In this document: piece by piece, positions 11,133 through 21,064 of the stretch
Numbering within the stretch: the first letter of the stretch is position 1
How the letters are laid out: every line of letters begins with the position of its first letter
From: Corallochytrium limacisporum Hawaii
Lineage: Eukaryota > Protista > Pluriformea
DNA length: 64,000 nt
Assembly (NCBI GenBank): GCA_002811645.1
Contig: PDIP01000087.1
Span: 62,001 to 126,000 of the forward strand
Reading direction: 5' to 3'
The notes under the pieces: model-generated
What the model was told of the DNA's origin: nothing
The model's input: only the letters and a program-made list of their open reading frames with translations
Databases searched by the model: none
Made by a program: the position numbers and the translations under genes

Positions 11133-11792
11133 TTACGACAGATCTATCCGAATGAGATCCACTTCTATGTCCCGACTTTTGTCCTTGTGGAAGCGGTACA
11201 TCTTGGGCACTTCAAACTTCATCTCTGCCACGACCTCGACCTCATCGTGCCCCCATTTCTGAAGGGTTTTGAGGATGTAGTCCCGCGTACTGGTCTTGTG
11301 CATGGAGTAAACGCTCTGTTGGGCGTATTCAATGCCCCGTTGGAGGAATGCCATATCGATACCTTCGTTGTTCTTGGTACCAAATGGAGGATTCATGATC
11401 ACAACGTCGAATGGATGCACATTGTCTCCTTTCCGGCGCCAGTGACCTCGTGGTCCCTGCAAAACGTCCGCTTGCACCAAATCTATCGTATCTTCGAGCT
11501 CTGCAAATTCTATGTTTTCTTTCGCTATCTGCAACCCACCGTCGTCGATTTCCATTCCCACCACGTGTTCGGCACCCATGAGTGCGCATGCAATGCTGAG
11601 CACACCGGTGCCGCATCCGATGTCCAGTACTGTCGCCTCCTCTAGGTCCTCATATTCCTGATCTGCGGTCCAAACAAGTTCAGCTGCGAGCGCAATCGGT
11701 GTTGGGTACTGCTCTAATTGGATCTGTGGCTTGGGAAACGCATGCGTTTGCACCATTTGCTGCAAGTGAGACTCAAAATGTTTTCGTTTCAT
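11133..11792 (-). CDS. METTL5: 18S rRNA N6-adenosine methyltransferase METTL5
   Basis: LEQYPTP, DIGCGTGVL, MNPPFGTK, GIDMAFL, YSMHKTSTR, YRFHK and IEVDLIR. ATG is at 11792. Confidence 0.92.
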   Translation of the reverse strand: MKRKHFESHLQQMVQTHAFPKPQIQLEQYPTPIALAAELVWTADQEYEDLEEATVLDIGCGTGVLSIACALMGAEHVVGMEIDDGGLQIAKENIEFAELEDTIDLVQADVLQGPRGHWRRKGDNVHPFDVVIMNPPFGTKNNEGIDMAFLQRGIEYAQQSVYSMHKTSTRDYILKTLQKWGHDEVEVVAEMKFEVPKMYRFHKDKSRDIEVDLIRIDLS

Positions 11793-12258
11793 TCTGTATT
11801 GCGTCAAGTACCGTTTTCACATTTGTTTAAGTCAGGTCATTTCCACAATCAAAATTTCTATGTGGATACTTTATTTTCCTCATGATCCCTGACGGTTAAC
11901 AAGACTCCACGCTCACCGGGCACTATTTGCACGTCTGAAGGACCCACACCGCCGGTGTTGGGTTGGGGATCACAAGAATTTTCTGACCCGCTCTGGGAGG
12001 GGGTGGCTACTTAAGGGCGGGCATGGGGCCCAGCTCGAGAGTGCGCCACACAATGACACTTGAGAACACATACACATGTATTCAGTTCCGACACAAGTAT
12101 TGTCTGTAATGTGACTACATTTATGGCTAATCCATTTGTGCTCGCCGCTTTCGTGGCTTGGCATGGTTGGATTGTTGTTGCGGTTCAAGGAAACTCCTGT
12201 AGGCCATGACAATGAGCGAGGTGAAGGGGCCCCGTTAGCTTTGATCTCGTTCTTTGCC

Positions 12259-13509
12259 TCAGAGCCATGGTTTGGCCGAAGTCAATGGAAGACTGCCACC
12301 GTTCTGATCAAGCTCTTCCTGTCCAACGTTCAGGCTGCAACGGTAGCACTTGCCATCCACTGCGACGGTGATCAATTCCGGGTAAGGTCCCGCTTCCGTC
12401 GACGACCTCGGCGAATCATCGGCAGAGTCGGTTGCCATGGCTGTCCCCGCTGATTGTGCTTCCGTCACCCCGCTAATATCTGTCCCGGACATCGTGCGAC
12501 CTGGCCCTGCCATGACAAAGGCACAGACCGCGGGAACATTGGAGGCTGGCATGCTGAACTTCGCAAAGCCCCACGTGCTGCTAAAGTAGCTCGGCAGGTA
12601 GTCCTTGGCCCAGCTCAGGGCCGACCGTGTGTTTCGGCTGCCGGCCTCTCCGCCTCCCTTGACGTCGACGACATGCACCGTTCCCGTGCTGCAGCTCACG
12701 CACAGCAAAGAACTGTCGTTCGAAAAGGTGAGGCTGTAGATCATGGCCGGTTGCACACCACGCCTGAATTCATGGAGCTGCTTGCCCGTAGCCAGGTCAA
12801 AGATACGAATGAGCGTCCCGCGCTCGCTCGCGGTGGCCAGCAACGTGCCTTCAAGGTTGATGGCCAGGGCAAGGATGGATGTTGTATGTGCCGGCACGAT
12901 GCTCATGGACTTGCCGGTGTCCGCCAGATCCAAAACTTGAACTTGTCCTTGTCGGGTGCCGGGAAAGGCAAGCATATAGTTCTCCAGGCTCGGGCAAAGG
13001 GCACATATACCTGATGGGTTGTCCGCAGTTTCAAATGTGTGCAATTTCTGGGGGTCGGCGGTAAAGCTGAATACAGTAATCAGATGTGGCAGGGCAATCA
13101 CGATCCTTTCGCGGTGCAACTTCACGGCCACGATGTCCGCACGCATGTCGAGCTCGATCTTGGACTGGCGAGTTTGCTGGTCCCAAATTACCACTGAAGA
13201 TCGTGGGAATGCAGGACGGTTGCCACCACCGACCAGTGCAACATACTGTGTGCGGAAGAGCATCTCGACGATTCCGATCCCTCCGTCTTCAAAGACCTCC
13301 CGTACGGTCTCGGTTAAGTCACTGGTGCGGTAAATGCGAAATCCATTGCTGAAACCACAGGCAAAACAGGTCTGGTCCTGATTGAAGGCCAGATAGAGTA
13401 ACTGGTGCCCATCCCGATCCCTACACTCCATATCCTTGGGTACAATACCGGGGCTGTCCTTGCCTGGAGCACCTTGTATGTACTCTGCTGCTCTGTATAT
13501 GTACTCCAT
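12259..13509 (-). CDS. WDR45B: PROPPIN / WIPI3 (WDR45B)-like phosphoinositide-binding WD40 autophagy protein
   Basis: FNQDQTCFACG, VEMLFR..YVALVGGG, ATASERGTLIRIF, FRRG and LPSYFSSTWGFAKF. First ATG is at 13509. Confidence 0.85.
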   Translation of the reverse strand: MEYIYRAAEYIQGAPGKDSPGIVPKDMECRDRDGHQLLYLAFNQDQTCFACGFSNGFRIYRTSDLTETVREVFEDGGIGIVEMLFRTQYVALVGGGNRPAFPRSSVVIWDQQTRQSKIELDMRADIVAVKLHRERIVIALPHLITVFSFTADPQKLHTFETADNPSGICALCPSLENYMLAFPGTRQGQVQVLDLADTGKSMSIVPAHTTSILALAINLEGTLLATASERGTLIRIFDLATGKQLHEFRRGVQPAMIYSLTFSNDSSLLCVSCSTGTVHVVDVKGGGEAGSRNTRSALSWAKDYLPSYFSSTWGFAKFSMPASNVPAVCAFVMAGPGRTMSGTDISGVTEAQSAGTAMATDSADDSPRSSTEAGPYPELITVAVDGKCYRCSLNVGQEELDQNGGSLPLTSAKPWL

Positions 13510-15165
13510 TGTTTGCTCGTTTGAAGAATACTCCCTAACTACAAATTCCAATCAAATCAATTCATAAATTTCCCTTCGTCTGTTTGATTGTTTCCCTCTT
13601 CTACATGATGGTTCATGACATTGCCAATGGATTGTTTTGTCGTGTCTTGGCTGATTGTTCTCCAAACCTATCCACCTTAAAGTTGTGGCATACTGTATGA
13701 AGTATACGGAATGTTCCGAATTACCTTCACTTTGACTCTTCAATATCTTTTAGCCTTTGTGTTTGTTCCAGAGAAATACTATGGATACGAAAGAACACGC
13801 TCTCGAATGCCACAAGTTGAAGTCAATGACAAAGTGTTCTCAGGACCTCCAGGTTCCGGCCGGTGACGTTTGGTGGGGAAAGACAGGGGGAACTGAGGAG
13901 CGCTCGAGACTCTCGGAGGGGCGGGGCCGCCGCAGCAGAGGGAGGAGGATCGGCTCTTCCCGCCCAGTAACGAACGCACCCACGAAATTGAGCGAGAGGG
14001 GAGCGACAGGCGTACCGCCACACACTCTCACAAAAACCATTCCCCTCGCCCGGTTTCTCCTTCTCTCTCCGCGGGTCCCGTTCGCCACCTCACAGCCCCG
14101 CAGCCGCTGTCGGGCCGGTTGGGTCGCAGCCAAGAAATCACTTTTGGCCAGAACTGTCCGGTCCGTCCAAGCCGCATAGGAAGAAAAGAAACTATTCCCC
14201 CGCGGGGAAGAAGAGGGGGGGGGGATGGGAGGGCGGCCGGAGAGAGGGAGAGACGGAGAGAGAAAAATAGAGAGAAGGGGGACGCGGGCTTTACCGCTGG
14301 GGCTGCTATTTTGGGCCCCTCCCGGGCGGCCTACGAAAGATACCTCTTCGCATATTGTAGGGGTCACTCAGGAGTACTAAATATATTGATATTCGTAAAG
14401 TATGATGCATATATGCCTCCAGCAGGGTAGGGCGGGTCTCGAAGCCGGGCTGCAAACTCAATCGCAAAATATATATGTAAAAAGGACCCCCCGTCGCCTT
14501 GCTGCGTAGGGACGGATTTGGAAAACGTGAGTATATCAAAATAGACCTTCGGACTCGGGGAGCGGACCAATGGGAGAGGGGCCGGGAGGGAGAAGGGAAG
14601 TAAAAAAACGAGCAGAATCCAGGAGAGACCAAGGATTGACGGTGGAAAACATCAATACTTTTATTATGGATTTGTGCAGCACGAAATGACGACAGCCTCT
14701 GTTGGACGTTGTCTTTCCGAGGTGCGGGTCTCGGGAGGGCGAAGACGAGACTACCGGGTTTGCTCGGGAAGGGGGAGTCGCTGACTGAGCCTTTCGCTGC
14801 GACGCGTCAGCAAGGGACGTACCCAAGTCCTCACCGTTGACACTCCTCCGTTCTTTGCTTCGGCCTTGTCTTCATATACTTTTGTTGGATCAGTTGGCAG
14901 CGCCATGTCACTCAAACGTACTCCAGGCATCGCACTGGTACAGTGGTGAGCTGCCAAGAGTTTTCAGCAGTTTTGGTAAAGAAGGAAAAACGTTCGTCAG
15001 GACGCCATTTATTGTCTCCTACCTTGTAACACTGCTCGATCGGCAGTGTTGCGAAACGGAAAGGACTTTGTAAAGTAGTACAAGCTCAGGCGAGCTGTTT
15101 TAGTTCCAGACGAGCTGCTTTAGTCAACATGTAGAAGAGAGATTTACGGACGGGAATTAACGAGA

Positions 15166-16647
15166 ATGGCGGCTGCACACTCAACCAGTCCGCAGTCGCG
15201 GGTCCTGAGCATAGCCTACAACGACTCGGGCAGTCATTTTTGCCTTGGGTTACAGACTGGTTTTGCAATTTACCATGCAATGGACTTAAAATTAGTACAG
15301 TACCGCAACATTGGCCGCGGAATAGGCCAGGTGGCCATGTGCGGGACGTCTAACGTCTTGGCCGTGAGCGGTGGAGGACACGATCCGGTCGCTGCACCAT
15401 CCAAGGTCCTGCTTTGGGACGATGCTATTCCGGAAGATCAAGCCACGGGCTACCTGGGTACGTCAAAAGACCTGCAGGGACCTGGTGGCAACGTACGGGC
15501 CATTATTGGTTTCCGTGAGCACGTCACACATATCAAATTCGCCTCCAAGACGCGTCTCCTGTGCAGTACGCGCCATCAGGTGTTTGTCTATGGCCTATCG
15601 CAGAACGGGGATGACCTCACCCAACTCAGACTTTACGACAGTGGTATTGATCTGGCTCCACTATTTGTGTGTAGTGCGACACTGGTATGTTTTCCTGGTC
15701 GTAATGACGGTCATGTCCTTGTCGGGCAACTCAGTGATCGAAAGATCAAGCAACCCTACGACATTATTGCAGCTCACCAGAGCCCGGTGGCCCGATTATG
15801 CCTGAATTCGGAAGGCACTGTATTGGCCACAGCAAGTGTGAAAGGCACGATCATTCGCCTCTTCCACACACCATCTCGCACGCGCATTCGAGAGTTCAGA
15901 CGTGGCATGGACATGGCCATGATCCATTCGCTAGCGTTCAGCCCCGGGATGATGAGTCTGGTGGCTTTAAGTGACAAGGGTACGGGCCACATTTTTACAC
16001 TACTACAGGCCCCAGAGGGTCAGACACACGGTACGAACCGGGACCCGCAGTGTTTCGTGGGTGATACCGCAGTTACCGCAGGCAAAGCCTCGGAAGTGTC
16101 GGAATCGTCAGGCTTTGACGTCGTCGGAGGATCCGGGGTGGAAACCATCGCAGAAGAGGGCAGTGGCCTCGCCATGGACTTTGAGTCGGAGCCGGTACCG
16201 CTGCCTCCGGCCACAGAGGGTGTACCTGTGCATAGCGCAAGTGGCAGTACAGGCTCCCATCCATCGACGGGAGGTGGACCTCTGACCCTCCAGGATGTCT
16301 ACGAACAAACCAAGTCATACGGCACCGAACTACTCAAGTCACTGGCTCAAACCTCTCTTGATCTGAGCAAATGGGGTCTCTGGCACCCGACAAGCTACGC
16401 TCGCTTCCGTCTGCCGCTTAGTGACCGTGACATTTCTCAACCGAGTACAGTGGCTGTGCTTTCGGAGGCAGGATCTTCAGAACGGGTGGCAGTGGTGGTG
16501 AGCGTCACCGGAGTGGCGATGCAATTTAAGTACCAGGAGTACCGAGAGGGATTAGAAAGCGGGCAACAAGCAGGGGCTGCATCATCGCAGCAACTACCCT
16601 TCGCCTTCTACACTGACCTCATGACCGCGCTGGATGGTGACCAATGA
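15166..16647 (+). CDS. WDR45: PROPPIN / WIPI4 (WDR45)-like phosphoinositide-binding WD40 protein
   Basis: NVLAVSGGG, VLLWDDA, AAHQS, ATASVKGTIIRLF, EFRRGMD and SDKGTGHIF. Confidence 0.75.
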   Translation: MAAAHSTSPQSRVLSIAYNDSGSHFCLGLQTGFAIYHAMDLKLVQYRNIGRGIGQVAMCGTSNVLAVSGGGHDPVAAPSKVLLWDDAIPEDQATGYLGTSKDLQGPGGNVRAIIGFREHVTHIKFASKTRLLCSTRHQVFVYGLSQNGDDLTQLRLYDSGIDLAPLFVCSATLVCFPGRNDGHVLVGQLSDRKIKQPYDIIAAHQSPVARLCLNSEGTVLATASVKGTIIRLFHTPSRTRIREFRRGMDMAMIHSLAFSPGMMSLVALSDKGTGHIFTLLQAPEGQTHGTNRDPQCFVGDTAVTAGKASEVSESSGFDVVGGSGVETIAEEGSGLAMDFESEPVPLPPATEGVPVHSASGSTGSHPSTGGGPLTLQDVYEQTKSYGTELLKSLAQTSLDLSKWGLWHPTSYARFRLPLSDRDISQPSTVAVLSEAGSSERVAVVVSVTGVAMQFKYQEYREGLESGQQAGAASSQQLPFAFYTDLMTALDGDQ

Positions 16648-16759
16648 GGTACGAAAGAGAAGAAACTATCATTACATTAGTTCTCGAATCTTGTTTTTGT
16701 CCTTATAGACAAGTCTCGTTTATTGCTGTGAAAGAATCGTGGATGACATGGATGTGCTC

Positions 16760-18184
16760 CTATCTTTCATTTCGGTCGCGCCAGACCTGGGCAGCCGTCT
16801 GCCCACGCCTATTCTTTGCCTCCCGCAGCCTGACTATTACACTCTTGTCGCTACCCGCATCAATTTCAGCAATTCGGGTGCCTAACCACGGAAGGACTTT
16901 GGAATACGCGGCCTCGTTATCAAACAGAGCAGCAATATGCAGCAAAGTGTTCCCGCCCTGATCTCTGTGCAGGAATAGGTCAGCTGCCCGGGCTCCAAGG
17001 GCCTTGAAGCCCACCTTCTCTCTGGAGCACCCTCCTTCATCGGTTATCCAGATCTGCCCCGGGGCCAAGTCCGACTGACATGCGTCCTTGAGGCAATACA
17101 CAGACCACAGACTGAGTGCGGCGTAGAGCCTGATGCCGTAGTCCTTCGGTTCGTCCGCTTCGGGAATTTCACGCTCCAGGAGCGCCATGATGGCTTCATC
17201 AACTGCCTCGCTCTCCTTTATGCGACCAATATAGGCCGATAGAAGCTCTGTAATACGGAACGGGAAGGTGAGATCAACGTGCCCGTCGAGATCACCAGTA
17301 GGCAGTGGAGCATGCGTGCGTTGCCCATTCGCTCGACATGCAACATGCAGCGGGGTACGTCCGTATTTGTCCGTGAAAGACTCTACTGTCGCACTGACCA
17401 TGTCGGCACAGTGCTTGAAAGAAATCAAACCGCATCGTGACCGCAGCCACCACCACACGAGCATTACACCCGCACACCCGAGGTGGCCAGCTGCCGCACA
17501 GTCGTGCAAAGGATTGCACCCGGAATTATCCCTTTGCATGCAGTCCCGCCATTCCCCTGCCACCGACCGTAAGATCAGTAGAATCAGCGCCCTCACCCGT
17601 CCGTGCAAACAAGCGGTGTGGAAATACGTTCGTCCATTGCCAGCCCCCATGTCACGTGCCATGGGCAGGCGTGCAAGCAAGGACAGGGAGTTTCCAGGCT
17701 CCCTGATCGCGATATGAAGGGCGTCCCACCCGTCCTTATTGCGTAGCGTTGCATCAGCGCCCGCCTCGAGCAGAATCTCTGCGCAGCGACTGGATCCAGG
17801 CTCGCGGCTGGCGCAGGCAAGCATCAGCGGAGTCCAGTCCGCTCGCTTGAGCATGTCAATCATGGCAAATCCTTGCTTTTTGCTCTCTCCTATAAGCCAT
17901 TTGACGATTTCTGGCCGTCCAGTGCTGCATGCCTCGTGAAGAGGCCTCCGACCATCACTATCACCACGGTCTAGTGGAGCGAGGCACTGATCGACTAGCC
18001 ATTTGGCAATCTCAAAGTGCCCATGGCGGACAGCAAGGACCAAGGCTGGTGTATCCGCGCCATCAAGGCCTTCACTGGCCCATACAGGCCCCTTATTTCC
18101 TTCGGTTTCTTGTACTTCCACTAGACATTTCTGCAAAGTGTCTAGATCACCACTGACGCATGCCTTCTGCACACGTTTGAGCAT
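16760..18184 (-). CDS. ANKRD16: Ankyrin repeat protein, ANKRD16-like
   Basis: Multiple ankyrin repeats, including DGRRPLHEA, LKRADWTPLMLAC, NKDGWDALHIAIRE and GRT..HTACLHG, which recall ANKRD16. Confidence 0.7.
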   Translation of the reverse strand: MLKRVQKACVSGDLDTLQKCLVEVQETEGNKGPVWASEGLDGADTPALVLAVRHGHFEIAKWLVDQCLAPLDRGDSDGRRPLHEACSTGRPEIVKWLIGESKKQGFAMIDMLKRADWTPLMLACASREPGSSRCAEILLEAGADATLRNKDGWDALHIAIREPGNSLSLLARLPMARDMGAGNGRTYFHTACLHGRVRALILLILRSVAGEWRDCMQRDNSGCNPLHDCAAAGHLGCAGVMLVWWWLRSRCGLISFKHCADMVSATVESFTDKYGRTPLHVACRANGQRTHAPLPTGDLDGHVDLTFPFRITELLSAYIGRIKESEAVDEAIMALLEREIPEADEPKDYGIRLYAALSLWSVYCLKDACQSDLAPGQIWITDEGGCSREKVGFKALGARAADLFLHRDQGGNTLLHIAALFDNEAAYSKVLPWLGTRIAEIDAGSDKSVIVRLREAKNRRGQTAAQVWRDRNER

Positions 18185-18718
18185 AGCTCAGCCTTCCCAC
18201 GTGTCCTCCATGGGTCCCTAAACTGTTCTCACATATTGCCCAAACGTCCATCTACTACATTACATGCATTTGGTCACCATGTCAGGCCAATGAACATGCC
18301 TGTTCGGAAATAGTTCTGTACCGTTTGTGACGCTCGCGATGGGCACGACCTGGAAGTCACAGTTGAGACAAGTGCCCTGCCGGTTGTGGTACATCCACTA
18401 CTGGTATTTCAGAAGTACACGTTTTCGCATACCAGAAAGCCTTGAGAACATGTGATTTGAATCCATATACAGATGATTGGAACCCCTTCTGTTCCAAAGG
18501 AGCAGGTAACCGGCGACCTTCACTTTTTAGCCCCCGGGAGGTGGGGGCACATTGAAAAAGAAGAGAGGAAGGCCGGGGGGGGGAAAAGTTTTGAGAGCGA
18601 GGAAGGTCTCCAACCCCGCTTTCCCCTTGCCGTCCGCGTAGCAGGGGGGGGGGGCAAGCGGCCGCAGGGCAAACGTCCGAACGGGGAGTGTGTGCAAAGT
18701 AAACCCGTGAGTTGTGAC

Positions 18719-19202
18719 ATGGCTATTATTGAGACACGAAAGTTCTACGCCACGAAGATCGCTGATAATGAGCAGAAATTTTTCCTCAAGCAGCAATCGG
18801 AGGCAGCGCAATGAGGAGTCTTTCCAGGTAGACCGACAGGACTTGGAGATGGACGCGGCTCTGGAGATCTTGGACGTGCAGTCTTCGAGACGCAGCTACG
18901 CAAGCTCAAGAGCAACCGTGACAAGCTCGCGAGTGAAAAAGATCCAAGATCTCAGTATTCAGATCCAGGAAAAGGAGAGCGAACTCAAGCGTTACCATCA
19001 ACAGAACAATGCCCTCCGCCTCAATATTGAAGATCTAAAGGCCACAGCGACAGAAAGAGTTCCGGTCCCTGCATCCAGAGTCAGTGAAGATAAGGGCCAT
19101 GGCTGGGAATCAGAACATGCAGCAGGATCCAAAGGAAAACTCAACGACCAAAGATGCGAAATTCTGACCTTCCCCGTATACGTAAGCTTCAAGCCATCTT
19201 AG
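18719..19202 (+). pseudogene. Short coiled-coil coding remnant split over two frames; identity uncertain
   Basis: The ATG at 18719 opens MAIIETRKFY...EAAQ and stops at 18814. An overlapping frame carries a coiled coil (KKIQDLSIQIQEKESELKRYHQQNNALRLNIEDLK) to 19202. Confidence 0.3.
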
Positions 19203-19401
19203 AAGGTCAAAAATCTACTAGCAAGGGTGGATCAAAGCCAAGATAACATGCACAAGTGGTAAGAGCTTCAACAAAGTTTACTGCTCATCTCTAACATGTC
19301 CCTATCATGTCGATGGTGGCTTAGCGAGCCAGTGATACAGCCTAGGGTATTCACCCACAAACCTGGTCCCCTCCCTTCTTTCCTCTTCCCCCTCTACCCT
19401 C

Positions 19402-19631
19402 NNNNNNNNNNNNNNNNNNNNNNNNNNNNNNNNNNNNNNNNNNNNNNNNNNNNNNNNNNNNNNNNNNNNNNNNNNNNNNNNNNNNNNNNNNNNNNNNNNN
19501 NNNNNNNNNNNNNNNNNNNNNNNNNNNNNNNNNNNNNNNNNNNNNNNNNNNNNNNNNNNNNNNNNNNNNNNNNNNNNNNNNNNNNNNNNNNNNNNNNNNN
19601 NNNNNNNNNNNNNNNNNNNNNNNNNNNNNNN
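19402..19631. other. Assembly gap (N run)
   Basis: N run flanked by C-rich tracts. Confidence 1.
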
Positions 19632-21064
19632 CCCCCCGGTTCTCTACTTTTCTCAACCTCTCCCGCCCCCCTCCCACCAAGGGGACAAAGAGAATTCTCG
19701 ACCATACCCGCAAAATCTCTTCAGTCCCCCATAGTCACCGGTGGATAAAATAGGCCCCGTCAACAGCCAATCACAAAACCGGAGGACACGAAAATATTTC
19801 CAGAGGAGGGGGAGGGGCGGATGCCCTTAGTGACCAATTGCTTCGTACAGGTCCTGGCCATCTCCAATTTCTTATGTCAATATTAAATTCACTGTATACT
19901 AAGCGTATCACTTTTTATTATGCATCTGCCGACTTGCGCCAGTATCAATAAATCTGCAGTGGGAGGCCGGCGTGGACTTTCTCTGCTACACTTCGTCTTG
20001 CTGCCGCTCGCATCTCTGCCCACCTGCCAGGCCCTGCCACAACTCGACAGCCACGGCACGTTCTCTCCCCGTTGTTTTTGCTTGCCCGTGGCAAAAATAT
20101 TCTCGGCTTCTGTCCGCTTTCCCAAATCAGCGCAGAGCTGCTGACAAACGATGAAACGGTCCGTGCGGACGCGAGAAGCTGGTGGGCTTGCATGCCAGGC
20201 CACACAGCAGCTTGCAGCGTAGGAGAACGGTAACGGGTGTGTGACAAAAACGGGAGAGCCGCGCACACCAAAGGCGTGGCAGCTTGCCTTGGGACGAAGG
20301 GGAAGATTGAAAGAAGGGGAGGGTGGTGGGGAAAGATTGATTGGCTTAATGGTAGCTAATGGTCGGCGCGAAAATCCAAACTTTGGCGCAAGGGACGAGT
20401 ATTTTTGTTCTGTTTCTCTTTGGAAGCAAACCAGCGCGTTTTACCTCCCCTCGGTCCCCACCCCCCCCCCGGCATTTTTCTCTTCCACCCGCGGGCGGGC
20501 AAGGGAGGACATGAGAACTCTTAGTTAGAGCTGCGGTGAACCTGGGACGGGAAAGAGACATTGATTCCCTGTCCATTTTCTCTGCTCCTCTGTGTGGCTC
20601 AAGGGGCAGCGCCCCAGAACGGGCAAGCAGCAGGCGATCGGTAGAATGCGAGAGTATACTCCCTGCTTGATATGTTGGTGCAGGGTTTAGTGTTCATCCT
20701 GCATCATTGGAATTTGATAGTGGATTTTCTACTGCGGCCCTTTGGCACAACAATAACCATCGATATTGCCTTGCATTGTCCAGCTTAATTATGGAGTCTG
20801 ATTCATGAGATCAAGCTATTTGAGAGCCCCGACATACTGACCTTCTGAAGAGTGCCTGGCGGGGATCATATCCGTGTGAGATTGTGTCTCTATAGCTTGC
20901 GTAGCCGTTCAGTCAGAGTACGCCAAGAAATGAGTAAAGACACGGGTGTGACAAAGGGATAGATATGCGAGTTGGAGATACTAGTGTGTGAAATATGTAG
21001 ATACCATTCAAGACCTTAGCCTTGTCTGAAACGAACCCTAGAATACATACAGATAAAGATAGCC

